Shown: one piece after another, positions 28,856-40,847 of the stretch | Position numbering within the stretch: position 1 is the stretch's first letter | Layout of the letters: each line of letters begins with the position of its first letter | Assembly (NCBI GenBank): GCA_965202755.1 | Contig: CBDBCL010000008.1 | Span: 30,702 to 94,701, forward strand | Length of the DNA stretch: 64,000 bases | Direction of reading: 5' to 3' | Source: Rhodospirillales bacterium | GTDB lineage: Bacteria; Pseudomonadota; Alphaproteobacteria; Kiloniellales; JACOMY01 | Made by a program: the position numbers and the translations under genes | Notes under the pieces: model-generated | What the model saw: only the letters and a program-made list of their open reading frames with translations | Databases searched by the model: none | What the model was told of the DNA's origin: nothing

Positions 28856-29074
28856 GTCAGGTCTCCTTCGAAGCGCGGATCTTTGCATCTTTGCTGGCGC
28901 GTTGTTCAACCGGACTGTACCGGCCCGCACCCCCACCCGGCCACCCTTACGAGGATACTTCCGGGGGGGGCGGGTGGGGGGCCGACGTCGATTCAAGTTG
29001 AACAGATAACGTCCTAGCGCAGATGAATGACAAGAGAAAGCCTGGGGCCGCCGGGCGAGGCTTAGGAATTTGGC

Positions 29075-29524
29075 TTAGTCTTCCGGTAGGGGCGCGTTCT
29101 CGTCCGGCGCCTCTTCGTCCTGCAGGGCTTCGAGGACCGGCACAGCCTTGTTCAAGGTGTCACCTTCCACGCCGGAACAGCCGACCACCCAGATGTCGTA
29201 GACGGGATGCTCCATGGCCGAGACTGAAGGCGCGGAGGCGAACATCCAGCCGCTGAAGACCGGGCGATGAGGTTGTCCGGGCTTGGCCTCGACGATCTCC
29301 AAAAAGGCAGTACGCTCGGGCGCCTGCGCGCGTACCCGGGCGACGCAGTCGCGCACCACGACTTCAAGAGTGCCGAAGCGGATCGGCCGATTGAGAGGGG
29401 CACGGAAGGCGAAGGTCTTGGCCGTGATCTTGTCCAGGCCTTGCAGCAGGGCACCGTTGGGCTCGGCCTTTGCCGAAGCAGTGCCAAGCAAGGCAGCGAA
29501 AAGGAGCAGTAGGAAGCTACGCAT
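29075..29524 (-). CDS. DUF2155-domain secreted protein
   Basis: Signal peptide MRSFLLLLFAALLGTASA. The body (LQGLDKITAKTFAFRAPLNRPIRFGTLEVVVRDC...AFLEI...SGWMFASAPSVSAMEHPVYDIWV) matches my memory of DUF2155. Confidence 0.7.
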   Translation of the reverse strand: MRSFLLLLFAALLGTASAKAEPNGALLQGLDKITAKTFAFRAPLNRPIRFGTLEVVVRDCVARVRAQAPERTAFLEIVEAKPGQPHRPVFSGWMFASAPSVSAMEHPVYDIWVVGCSGVEGDTLNKAVPVLEALQDEEAPDENAPLPED

Positions 29525-29769
29525 CAGCCGCTGCCGTTGCGCGCGTAAGGGTTTGCCAGAGAGTCGATCAGGTCCTTCAAGGTGGTGCGCAACTGACGCT
29601 CGTCGCAGCCGATCAGCAGGCCGTCTTCCAGCGCTTCCTGAGCGATCTGGCGCAGCTCTTCGAGATTCTCGTTCAGGACCTTGATCTTCTCCAGACAGGA
29701 AACGGAGGTGCCGTCAGGGTGCTTCCAGACCGGTGGCACGAAAACCGCGGCTTGCTGACTTACGCTCAT
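29524..29769 (-). CDS. small hypothetical protein
   Basis: MSVSQQAAVFVPPVWKHPDGTSVSCLEKIKVLNENLEELRQIAQEALEDGLLIGCDERQLRTTLKDLIDSLANPYARNGSG. Its stop overlaps the DUF2155 start. A GTG at 29799 is an alternative start. Confidence 0.5.
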   Translation of the reverse strand: MSVSQQAAVFVPPVWKHPDGTSVSCLEKIKVLNENLEELRQIAQEALEDGLLIGCDERQLRTTLKDLIDSLANPYARNGSG

Positions 29770-29828
29770 CTTGGCATCTGCTCCCTTCTGGCCGGCCACA
29801 ACTGCAACCGGTCGCCTCCAGCTGCGTG

Positions 29829-30272
29829 CTATAGGTCTGACCCGTAGATGAAGCGTCCGATCTGATCGATCAAGTTGATCGGGCTCACAGTCCTTTTGAC
29901 GAAACCGCCCTTCTCGATCCTCTGCGCTGTGCTGCCGCGGTGCAACTGGACCAAGGTCTGGCCCAGGGTTCCTTCGGAGGTGAGTGATGCGCTGCTGTCG
30001 GCCGGTAGAGTCACCGCCTCGTCGATCTCCATGCGCACCTCGACGTCGAATGTCACGGGATCGACGGCGATGCGGGAGACATAGCCGACTTGAACCCCGG
30101 CGATCTGCACCTGTGCGCCTTCCAAGAGGCCCGGAGTTTGGATGAAGTTGGCCTTGATGTCATAGGATGCGCCGCTGTTGCGGCTGGTCAGATTGATCAC
30201 GAAGACAACGAAGCTGGCGGCCACCAAGAGGACCACGGCGGCCAGCACTGTTTCGATCAGATTGCGCTGCAT
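29829..30272 (-). CDS. mlaD: MlaD-family (MCE domain) protein, copy 1
   Basis: N-terminal TM anchor, then an MCE domain (YDIKANFIQTPGLLEGAQVQIAGVQVGYVSRIAVDPVTFDVEVRMEI). Start trimmed to the ATG at 30272. Confidence 0.8.
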   Translation of the reverse strand: MQRNLIETVLAAVVLLVAASFVVFVINLTSRNSGASYDIKANFIQTPGLLEGAQVQIAGVQVGYVSRIAVDPVTFDVEVRMEIDEAVTLPADSSASLTSEGTLGQTLVQLHRGSTAQRIEKGGFVKRTVSPINLIDQIGRFIYGSDL

Positions 30273-30288
30273 TGGCCAGGCCTCGTGG

Positions 30289-30756
30289 CTATTGTGCGGC
30301 TTGGCCGGCCTCGGCGCCTTGAACGACAAAGCGGGACAAGAGGTCGACCACGTTGATGGCACCTTGGGTGCGATCGTAGGAGACGAAGCTGCCCGGTGCC
30401 ATGTCTTCCAATGCTCCGCCGGGCTCGAGCTGGACATAGCTGTTGCCCAGCAGGCCCTCGGGGAGGATGCGTACGCGACTGTCCTCGGGAATGCGATAGT
30501 CGGCGCTGATGGAGAGGGTCAGCAGGGCCAAATCGCCTTCATTGGCAATCTTTTTCCCGACGACGGTCCCGACCTTGACACCCGATAGCCTAATCTCGGT
30601 CCCCACCGCCACGCCCGACACATTGTCGAACTCGGCTTCGATATCATAGCCGGCGACGGACTCGACGCCGGAGGAGCTGAAAGCCAGAACGACGGCTCCC
30701 GCTGCCAAGATAAGGACGACGACGCCGGCCAGCATCTCCAACATCTCACGCCGCAT
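30289..30756 (-). CDS. mlaD: MlaD-family (MCE domain) protein, copy 2
   Basis: Same architecture (YDIEAEFDNVSGVAVGTEIRLSGVKVGTVVGKKIANEGDLALLTLSI). A diverged tandem paralog 17 nt upstream of copy 1. Confidence 0.8.
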   Translation of the reverse strand: MRREMLEMLAGVVVLILAAGAVVLAFSSSGVESVAGYDIEAEFDNVSGVAVGTEIRLSGVKVGTVVGKKIANEGDLALLTLSISADYRIPEDSRVRILPEGLLGNSYVQLEPGGALEDMAPGSFVSYDRTQGAINVVDLLSRFVVQGAEAGQAAQ

Positions 30757-30789
30757 GGCAAAAATCCCTCGACACCAAAGCCGTCACGA

Positions 30790-31167
30790 TCATTCCGGCT
30801 TCCAGGGCTCGTAGTCGCCGCCCGACGCAGCGCGCCTACCGCCCATGAGGGTGTGGCCGGGTGGACGATAGGCCTCGTCGGTGCCGGTCATGTTCGGCTT
30901 GTGCGGCTTTTGCCAGGCGCGGCGCTGCAGGTTTTCCGGCGGCGTGTCGTTGGTGGTGTGATGCAGCCAAGCATGCCATTCCGGCGGCACGTTGGAGGCC
31001 TCCACACTCTTCTTGTAGATGACCCAACGCCGCTCGTGACGCAGACTGTCGGCATGCACGGCCGGGCCGCGCGCCTTGTAATAGCGGTTGCCGTATTCGT
31101 CCTTGCCCACGTAGTGACCCTTGAGCATGGTGTAGAGGCGCGTACCGATTGAGGCGCCCATGTGCAT
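30790..31167 (-). CDS. NADH:ubiquinone oxidoreductase subunit NDUFA12-like protein
   Basis: GKDEYGNRYYKAR...RRWVIYKKSVEASNVPPEWHAWLHHTTNDTP...AWQKPHKPNMTGT matches the NDUFA12 signature. Confidence 0.85.
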   Translation of the reverse strand: MHMGASIGTRLYTMLKGHYVGKDEYGNRYYKARGPAVHADSLRHERRWVIYKKSVEASNVPPEWHAWLHHTTNDTPPENLQRRAWQKPHKPNMTGTDEAYRPPGHTLMGGRRAASGGDYEPWKPE

Positions 31168-31266
31168 TTGCTCCCTTGAGGCGGCGACACCGGCCGGACT
31201 ATAGGCACGCCGAGGGCGAGGCGTCCAGATCTGCGGACGCCGATGGGTCATCTCGAAGCGCAGGTC

Positions 31267-32221
31267 ATGGCGAACACCCAGAGCCCAGGCTGGGGAGCGG
31301 GGGAGACGATGGGGACGAGCCGAACGGCCGGGATGCCTGGCGAGAGCTTCTGGCTGCCGCCGCCGCCAGCTCCTTTGCTGTGTCGACCGTCCTCACCGGA
31401 TCGGCCTATCTGGAGGGCCTAAACTCCGTCACCTTGGTTGCCGGTCGCTTCACCATGGCAAGCTTGGTCGTTTGGCCTATGCTGTTCCTCTCGAACCGGC
31501 CAAAGAAGCTGTTATGGCGATCCGTTCCGCTCTTGCTTGGCATGACGGTCGGGTTGATCGGTACCGCCAGCGGTTTCATGACGGCCATACACTATATTCT
31601 CCGTTATCGCTGGCAGTTCTCATCTTCTACACCTTCCCGTTTACGGTCGCGCCGACCGAGGCCTTGCTGGAGCAACGGACCCCCTCGACGCGACTGGTGG
31701 TGGCGCTGGCCGGTGAGTTCACCGGATTAGCTCTCGTGCTGGGACTGGATTTCAGCGATCTGGATTGGCACGGCCTTGGGTTCGGTCTCTGGGCGTCGCT
31801 TTCCAGCATACCGCTCTTCCTTTGCGCTCGCCGCCTGGTGCTGAAACACGATGCCATCACGATTGCCGGATGCGGCAGCCTCACGGCATTGGTGCTGATG
31901 CTCCTTTTCCTGTTACTCAGCAATAGCGTCGGACTGCCGGGCACGATCCAAGGCTGGAGTTTTTTGATCGTAGCCTGTGGCTTTTTTGCATCAGCCTTTC
32001 TCTTGCAGCTCTATGCTGTCCGCAATGCTTCGGCCGGTTCCGCCGCCATGGTCTTCAACGCCGAACCCCTGCTGACCATCGTGATCGCTTGGCTGTTTCT
32101 GGGGGAGACGCTCGGCGGCCTGCAGTGGATCGGAGTGGCTCTCGCCCTCGGCGCCATCTTTTTTCCTAGTCGACCGCAAGAGCTGTTTAACCCCAGCCTC
32201 ATCCATAGGCGACGCCACTAG
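31267..32221 (+). pseudogene. DMT-superfamily (EamA) transporter, 1-2 frameshifts
   Basis: ...LLAAAAASSFAVSTVLTGSAYLEGLNSVTLVAGRFTMASLVVWPMLF...GFMTAIHYI|SPLSLAVLIFYTFPFTVA...AMVFNAEPLLTIVIAWLFLGETLGGLQWIGVALAL. The clear -1 is at about 31600 (T run). The start (ATG 31267) is in yet another frame, so a second lesion or a non-ATG start is possible. Confidence 0.65.
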
Positions 32222-32498
32222 ATAGAGGATCAAGCATAATATCGTGGGGTCAGGCTGCCACAACCCCATATTCTCTGCTAGGCGCCCCCAACATCTTGTG
32301 GTCTAATAACCATCAACATGCCAAACCTAGCTGGCTGCGGTTTTCGCAGAGGATCCGCCCCCCGACTCGAACGGGGGAGGAGCGAAAGGGGACCACGCTC
32401 GGCCGGCGAAAGGCGGATCGGATTTCGACAGACCAGCCCCCCTTGCTCCGCGGCGACGGGGGCAGGCTGGCAGAAAGCAAGAGGGGACCAGGAACACC

Positions 32499-35400
32499 AT
32501 GCGCATTAGCCGGCACTTCACGCGCTCCCAGGACGACGTCTACGCCGACATCGAGTTCCGTCGGACCAGCAGCGAGATCCGCAACCCCGATGGGACTGTG
32601 GTTTTCAGCGCACAGGATATCGAGCTGCCGGCCGCCTGGTCGCAGGTGGCGGCCGACATCATCGCCCAGAAGTACTTCCGCAAGGCCGGGGTGGCGACGC
32701 GGCTGAAGCGAGTGGAGGAGAACAGCATTCCCTCTTGGCTGTGGCGTTCGATCCCCGACGAGACGGCATTGGCAAGTCTCGAGGAGGAGGAGGAGTGCAG
32801 CCGCGGCGAGGTTTCGGCCAAGGAGGTCTTCGATCGCTTGGCCGGTACCTGGGCCTATTGGGGCTGGAAGGGTGGCTACTTCGACAGCGAGGAGGACGCA
32901 CGCGCCTACTACGACGAAATGCGATTCATGTTGGCAAAGCAGATCGCCGCGCCGAACTCGCCGCAGTGGTTCAACACCGGTCTCAACTGGGCCTATGGCA
33001 TCGACGGTCCGAGCCAAGGGCATTTCTACGTAGACGAGCGCAGCGAAGAGGTGGTGCGCTCGCGATCGGCCTATGAGCGCCCACAACCGCATGCCTGCTT
33101 CATCCAGTCGGTCGGCGACAGTCTGGTCAACGAGCGCGGCATCATGGATCTCTGGGTGCGCGAGGCCCGGCTCTTCAAGTATGGCTCGGGCACCGGCACC
33201 AACTTCTCCGCGATCCGTGGCGAGGGCGAGTCTTTATCGGGCGGCGGGCGCTCGTCCGGGCTGATGTCCTTTCTGAAGATTGGCGATCGGGCGGCCGGCG
33301 CCATCAAGTCCGGTGGTACGACGCGGCGTGCGGCCAAGATGGTGGTAGTCAACATCGACCACCCCGACATCGAAACCTTCGTCAACTGGAAGGCCATCGA
33401 GGAGCAGAAGGCCGCGGCTCTGGTCACGGGTTCGAAGGTTTGCGCCAAGCAACTGAACAAGGTGCTGGAGGCCTGCCACCAAGAGCCGGAGTTGGGCGAG
33501 GGCGCTTTCGATCCCAAGGTGAACCGCAGCTTGAAGAAGGCGATCCGCGCCGCTCGCGACTTGGCTGTGCCGGAGAACTACATCCGCCGCGTGATCGACT
33601 TGGCGCGGCATGGCTCGGCGACGGTCGAGTTCAAGACCTACGACGCTGACTGGGATTCCGAGGCCTATCTGACGGTGGCCGGGCAAAATGCCAACAACTC
33701 CGTGCGCGTGACCGACGACTTCCTGAAGGCGGTCGGCGAGGATGCCGATTGGGACCTCAAGTATCGGACCACGGGCAAGGTCTCCAAGACCGTAAAGGCG
33801 GCGGGCCTTTGGCAGAAGATTGCCGAGGCCGCCTGGCAGTCGGCCGATCCCGGCATCCAGTACCACACCACGATCAACGACTGGCACACCTGCCCGGCCG
33901 GCGGAGACATCAACGCCTCCAATCCTTGCTCAGAGTATATGTTCCTGGACGACACGGCCTGCAATCTGGCCTCGCTGAACCTCATGCAGTTCCGCGGCAA
34001 GGACGGAGCCTTCCAGATTGCCGCCTTTGCCAATGCCGTTCGCCTCTGGACCCTCACCTTGGAGATTTCCGTCCTGATGGCGCAGTTCCCCTCGCGGGAG
34101 ACTGCGCGGCTATCCTACGATTATCGCACCCTGGGGCTTGGCTATGCCAACCTGGGTGGGCTGATCATGGCGATGGGCTACTCTTACGACTCGCAGGCCG
34201 GCCGGGCCCTGGCCGGCGCCCTGACGGCGCTGATGACCGGTGTTGCCTACTCGACCTCGGCGGAGATGGCCGGCGAACTCGGTGCCTTTCCGGAGCACAA
34301 GAATAACGCCCAGCAGATGATGCGGGTGATCCGCAACCATCGTCGGGCCGCCTACAGTTTCGCTGATGGCTACGAGGGTCTCTCGACGACGCCGGTGCCA
34401 ATGGACGAGGCCAATGCGCCGGAGCCGGCCTTGGTGCGGGCCGCGCGCGAAGCCTGGGACTTGGCGGTCACCATGGGAGAGATCAACGGCTTCCGCAACG
34501 CGCAGACCACAGTGGTCGCGCCGACCGGCACCATCGGCCTAGTAATGGACTGCGACACCACCGGTATCGAACCCGATTTCGCCTTGGTGAAGTTCAAGAA
34601 ACTGGCCGGCGGTGGCTACTTCAAGATCATCAATCGCACCGTACCGGAGGCACTCAGGGGGCTGGGCTACGGCGACGAGAAGATCGAAGACATCGTGCGC
34701 TATGCGGTGGGCCACGGCAGCTTGGCCGACGCACCCGGTGTCAGCCACGCCGCCTTGAAGGCCAAGGGCTTCACCGAGGCGGCCCTGGAGGCCTTGGAGA
34801 ACAGCCTGGCCGGAGCCTTCGACATTCGCTTCGCCTTCAACCGCTGGACCCTGGGCGAGGCCTTCTGCACCGAGATCTTGGGTCTGGACGCAGCCGTCCT
34901 CAACCGGCCAGGCTTCGACATGCTGAAGAGCCTGGGCTTCAGAAAGCGCGACATCGAGGCGGCCAACACCTACTGCTGCGGCGCCATGACGGTGGAAGGC
35001 GCACCGCACTTGGACCCGGCGCATCTTGCCATCTTCGACTGTGCCACACCTTGCGGGCGCAAGGGCACGCGCTCGCTGTCGGTCGAGAGCCACATTCGCA
35101 TGATGGCAGCGGCACAGCCCTTCATCTCCGGTGCCATCTCCAAGACCATCAACATGCCCAACGACGCCAACGTGGAGGACTGCAAGCAGGCCTTTCAGCT
35201 GTCTTGGCAGTTGGCGCTGAAGGCCATTGCGCTTTATCGCGACGGTTCGAAGCTGTCGCAGCCATTGGCGACGCAGTTGCTGGAGGGCGACGAGGAGGAC
35301 GAGGATGTGCTCGATCAGCTGATCGAGGCGCCGGCGGGCGAGCGCGCGACCCAGGTGGCCGAGCGCGTGATCGAGCGGGTCATCGAACGCGTGGTCGAGC

Positions 35401-36158
35401 GTCGGATGACCGATCGCGAGCGCCTGCCAGGACGCCGCAAGGGCTACACCCAGAAAGCGGTGGTCGGCGGCCACAAGGTCTATCTGCGCACCGGCGAATA
35501 TGAGGACGGGCGTCTGGGCGAGATCTTCATCGACATGCACAAGGAGGGCGCCGCCTTCCGCTCTCTGATGAACAACTTCGCGATCGCGATCTCCATTGGC
35601 CTGCAGTACGGCGTACCCTTGGAGGAGTTCGTCGAGGCCTACACCTTCACCCGTTTCGAACCCTCTGGCATGGTCGAGGGCAACGACACCATCAAGATGG
35701 CGACCTCCGTCGTCGACTACATCTTCCGTGAGTTGGCAATCTCCTACATGGGGCGCCATGACCTGGCCCACGTCGAACCGCAGGAGACCCTGCCGGACGC
35801 GATGGGCAAGGGTGAAGACGAGGGTGCCCAGTTGGCGGATAGTCTGCGCAAGGTGGCCTCCACCGGATATGTCCGCTCCAAGCTCACGGTACTGCAGGGC
35901 GGTGCGTCGGAGACCCTGGAGACGACCGCGGTCTCGGCCGAGGCGGTGGCAATCGAAAGCGGCGGGATGACGGCTGTGGCCGCAGAGGCTGCCGTGGTCA
36001 CGCGCAGCGAGTCCAACTCCATTGCGCGCCAGGTGCAGGAGGCCCGTCTCAAGGGCTATGAGGGCGATCCCTGCGGCGCTTGCGGGAACTTCACATTGGT
36101 GCGTAACGGCACCTGCCTGAAGTGCGACACCTGCGGCGGCACCAGCGGCTGTTCCTAG
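32499..36158 (+). CDS. nrdJ: vitamin B12-dependent (class II) ribonucleoside-diphosphate reductase
   Basis: 1219 aa. NPCSEY active-site region, TVAPTGTIG, a long alphaproteobacterial-type architecture, and a Cys-rich C-terminal tail ([22 protein letters not shown]). Intact. Confidence 0.95.
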   Translation: MRISRHFTRSQDDVYADIEFRRTSSEIRNPDGTVVFSAQDIELPAAWSQVAADIIAQKYFRKAGVATRLKRVEENSIPSWLWRSIPDETALASLEEEEECSRGEVSAKEVFDRLAGTWAYWGWKGGYFDSEEDARAYYDEMRFMLAKQIAAPNSPQWFNTGLNWAYGIDGPSQGHFYVDERSEEVVRSRSAYERPQPHACFIQSVGDSLVNERGIMDLWVREARLFKYGSGTGTNFSAIRGEGESLSGGGRSSGLMSFLKIGDRAAGAIKSGGTTRRAAKMVVVNIDHPDIETFVNWKAIEEQKAAALVTGSKVCAKQLNKVLEACHQEPELGEGAFDPKVNRSLKKAIRAARDLAVPENYIRRVIDLARHGSATVEFKTYDADWDSEAYLTVAGQNANNSVRVTDDFLKAVGEDADWDLKYRTTGKVSKTVKAAGLWQKIAEAAWQSADPGIQYHTTINDWHTCPAGGDINASNPCSEYMFLDDTACNLASLNLMQFRGKDGAFQIAAFANAVRLWTLTLEISVLMAQFPSRETARLSYDYRTLGLGYANLGGLIMAMGYSYDSQAGRALAGALTALMTGVAYSTSAEMAGELGAFPEHKNNAQQMMRVIRNHRRAAYSFADGYEGLSTTPVPMDEANAPEPALVRAAREAWDLAVTMGEINGFRNAQTTVVAPTGTIGLVMDCDTTGIEPDFALVKFKKLAGGGYFKIINRTVPEALRGLGYGDEKIEDIVRYAVGHGSLADAPGVSHAALKAKGFTEAALEALENSLAGAFDIRFAFNRWTLGEAFCTEILGLDAAVLNRPGFDMLKSLGFRKRDIEAANTYCCGAMTVEGAPHLDPAHLAIFDCATPCGRKGTRSLSVESHIRMMAAAQPFISGAISKTINMPNDANVEDCKQAFQLSWQLALKAIALYRDGSKLSQPLATQLLEGDEEDEDVLDQLIEAPAGERATQVAERVIERVIERVVERRMTDRERLPGRRKGYTQKAVVGGHKVYLRTGEYEDGRLGEIFIDMHKEGAAFRSLMNNFAIAISIGLQYGVPLEEFVEAYTFTRFEPSGMVEGNDTIKMATSVVDYIFRELAISYMGRHDLAHVEPQETLPDAMGKGEDEGAQLADSLRKVASTGYVRSKLTVLQGGASETLETTAVSAEAVAIESGGMTAVAAEAAVVTRSESNSIARQVQEARLKGYEGDPCGACGNFTLVRNGTCLKCDTCGGTSGCS

Positions 36159-36289
36159 AGCGAGAGCGATGGTCTTGCTCTAAATGCGTCGCACTCTACA
36201 CCTTTGAAAAGTAACCTGATCACGATCTGGTCCAGGCGGGTTCCGGCAGGTTTGCCCGCCTCGGATCCAAGGCCTTTAAGGACCCGAGT

Positions 36290-36600
36290 TCGAGAGATTT
36301 CGGTTCTGTTTCCAAGTATCGCTACGACATTCCAGAGGACACCATCCGTGCGCTCGTCGAGGAGCACGACCTGGAGATGATCACCGGCCCGGCCGGATCC
36401 CTCTTGTTGATGGACATCATCGTGGTGCACGGTTCTTCGATCAACATCACGCCGATGGACCACGTCATTCTCTATGTGAACGTGAGCGCATGCGACAACA
36501 GGGGAGACTTACACGCGCCCGGAATACCATGCCGCGCGCGACTTCTCTGCGCTGGTGGCGGCAAATGCGGATTGCCTGAAGCAGTCGCGGGCCGCCGCTG
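36290..36600 (+). pseudogene. PhyH / ectoine-hydroxylase-like dioxygenase, 3' remnant only
   Basis: ...YDIPEDTIRALVEEHDLEMITGPAGSLLLMDIIVVHGSSINITPMDHVILYVNV, then (other frame) RPEYHAARDFSAL. This parallels the C-terminal about 100 aa of EctD-type enzymes as I remember them. There is no N-terminal two-thirds. Confidence 0.45.
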
Positions 36601-36746
36601 AATTGAGTTGAACGAACGCTGCACTGGAGCTGCCAGCGGCATTGCGGCGGTCGAAATCGAGTGACGGCCGCAGCACTGCTTCACTAAGATCGCCGCACAA
36701 GGGTCAGACCCGCCGTCTGGCAAGCAGCAACCTGAAAGGAGTGTTT

Positions 36747-37217
36747 ATGACCTGTGCAATTGAAGCGCGATTGCAAGAGCTGGGTTTGGAGGTGCCGGTC
36801 GCGGCGGCGCCCGTGGCCAATTACGTGGGCTGGGTTCGCAGCGGTACGCAGGTCTTCGTATCGGGACAGATCACTCTGAAAGACGGCAAGCCGCAGTATC
36901 TCGGCAAACTGGGCGCGGAGATCGATGTCGATATCGGCCGGGCCGCGGCAGAGCTCTGTGCCATCAACATCGTCGCCCAACTGAAGCAGGCCTGCAACGG
37001 CGATCTGGGCCGCGTTACCCGCATCGTGCGCTTGGGCGGCTATGTCAACTCCACGCCTGACTTCGTACAGCAGCCGCAGGTGATCAACGGCGCCTCCGAT
37101 CTGATGGTCGCGATCTTCGGTGACAAGGGACACCACAGCCGGGTGGCCGTTTCAGTCGCCAGTCTGCCGCTCGGTGTCGCCGTGGAGATCGACTGTGTGG
37201 CGGAGGTAGAGGCCTGA
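36747..37217 (+). CDS. RidA/YjgF family protein
   Basis: ATG 36747 after GAAAGGAG. GQITLKDGKPQYLGKLG...RLGGYVNSTPDF...HSRVAVSVASLPLGVAVEIDCVAEV is typical of the family. Confidence 0.85.
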   Translation: MTCAIEARLQELGLEVPVAAAPVANYVGWVRSGTQVFVSGQITLKDGKPQYLGKLGAEIDVDIGRAAAELCAINIVAQLKQACNGDLGRVTRIVRLGGYVNSTPDFVQQPQVINGASDLMVAIFGDKGHHSRVAVSVASLPLGVAVEIDCVAEVEA

Positions 37218-37477
37218 GCGATCTGGAGAAGTGGCGGCAAGAAGCGTCGGTGAGTAGAGCTTCTTGCAAGCGAGGCGGACCTGATCTCTGTCGCCGTTAT
37301 CGGAGTCTGAAGGACCGTTTCGGTGTTTGATCGACGGATGCGACGGAAGATGGATCCAGGCGTCTAGGCCAACATCGCAGGCTCCGACAGCGAAGGTTTT
37401 GTTGTTGTGCAGGATGGCGAGGCGGTCAGGTTGGGCGGCACGGCGCACCAAGGGGAAGGTTCGCTCTTCGTTATGCG

Positions 37478-39937
<2,460 letters not shown>

Positions 39938-40156
39938 GGCGGGGATCGCGCCCGCCGCGGCGATCCGGCAGGCGGTCATAGCACCGTTCGAAGCCATCGA
40001 TGCCGATCTTTGTTCGGCCAGGTTGCCCAACGACTCGGGCGGTTCCACAAGCGCCGAAGGGCCGCCGCCGCGCAAATTTTGCCTGGACGGAAAAATTGTT
40101 TCACGTTAGTTTGGGGTGATTGGTTGTGAGTCGCTGCTTAGCAGGAGGAATTGTTC

Positions 40157-40810
40157 ATGGTACCCGACGAGGCCAAGCAGGCCGATCCCTTCGCCATCGA
40201 GGACGAGGCGCATCTGCGCAGTTTCTTCGGGCAGAAGCATCCGCTTGCCGTCCGCAAGGTCCAGACGCGCATCGACCGACACGGGCGCGACTACATCGCC
40301 CGTTCGCCCTTTCTTTGTTTGGCGACCACGGGGCCGGATGGCGGCAGCGATGTCACGCCGCGTGGCGATCCCTGCGGCTTCGTCAAGGTTCTGGACGACA
40401 AGCATATCGCGATTCCCGACCGTCCGGGAAACAACCGCTTGGACAGCCTGACCAACATTCTGGCCAATCCGGCGGTGGGCGTGCTGTTTCTGATCCCGGG
40501 CTTCGACGATACCTATCGGGTGAACGGCCGCGCGCGCATCACCCACGACCCGGCTCTCCTGGAGGAGATGGCGGTCAATGGCCGACAGCCCAAGGTGGCG
40601 ATCATGGTGGATGTGGAAGAAGCCTTTTTACACTGTGCGAAGGCCTTCAAGCGCTCGAAGCTATGGGATCCGGACAGCATCCGGGATCGCAAGGAGATGC
40701 CAAGCCTAGCGCGCATGATCCTAGAGCAGGTCAACGAGAAGCACAAGGAGAAGGATCTGCGGGAGATCGATCAGGCGCTGGAAGAGGAGTACAAGACTCA
40801 ACTCTATTGA
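40157..40810 (+). CDS. PPOX-class (pyridoxamine 5'-phosphate oxidase-like) FMN-binding protein
   Basis: ATG 40157, 8 nt after AGGAGG. SPFLCLATTGPDGGSDVTPRGD...DRPGNNRLDSLTNILANPAVGVLFLIPG...YRVNGRARI. Confidence 0.8.
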   Translation: MVPDEAKQADPFAIEDEAHLRSFFGQKHPLAVRKVQTRIDRHGRDYIARSPFLCLATTGPDGGSDVTPRGDPCGFVKVLDDKHIAIPDRPGNNRLDSLTNILANPAVGVLFLIPGFDDTYRVNGRARITHDPALLEEMAVNGRQPKVAIMVDVEEAFLHCAKAFKRSKLWDPDSIRDRKEMPSLARMILEQVNEKHKEKDLREIDQALEEEYKTQLY

Positions 40811-40847
40811 GTTCGCTTTGTCGGAGCGACCTTCGCTGGAGGCCGCG

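Noticed and set aside
32259-32305. Pair of NrdR boxes upstream of nrdJ (CCACAACCCCATATTCT and CAACATCTTGTGGT, about 31 bp apart).
   Set aside because: The spacing is suggestive, but neither site is a convincing 16-bp palindrome of the acaCwAtATaTwGtgt type. Together they may simply form one CCACAA/TTGTGG inverted pair.
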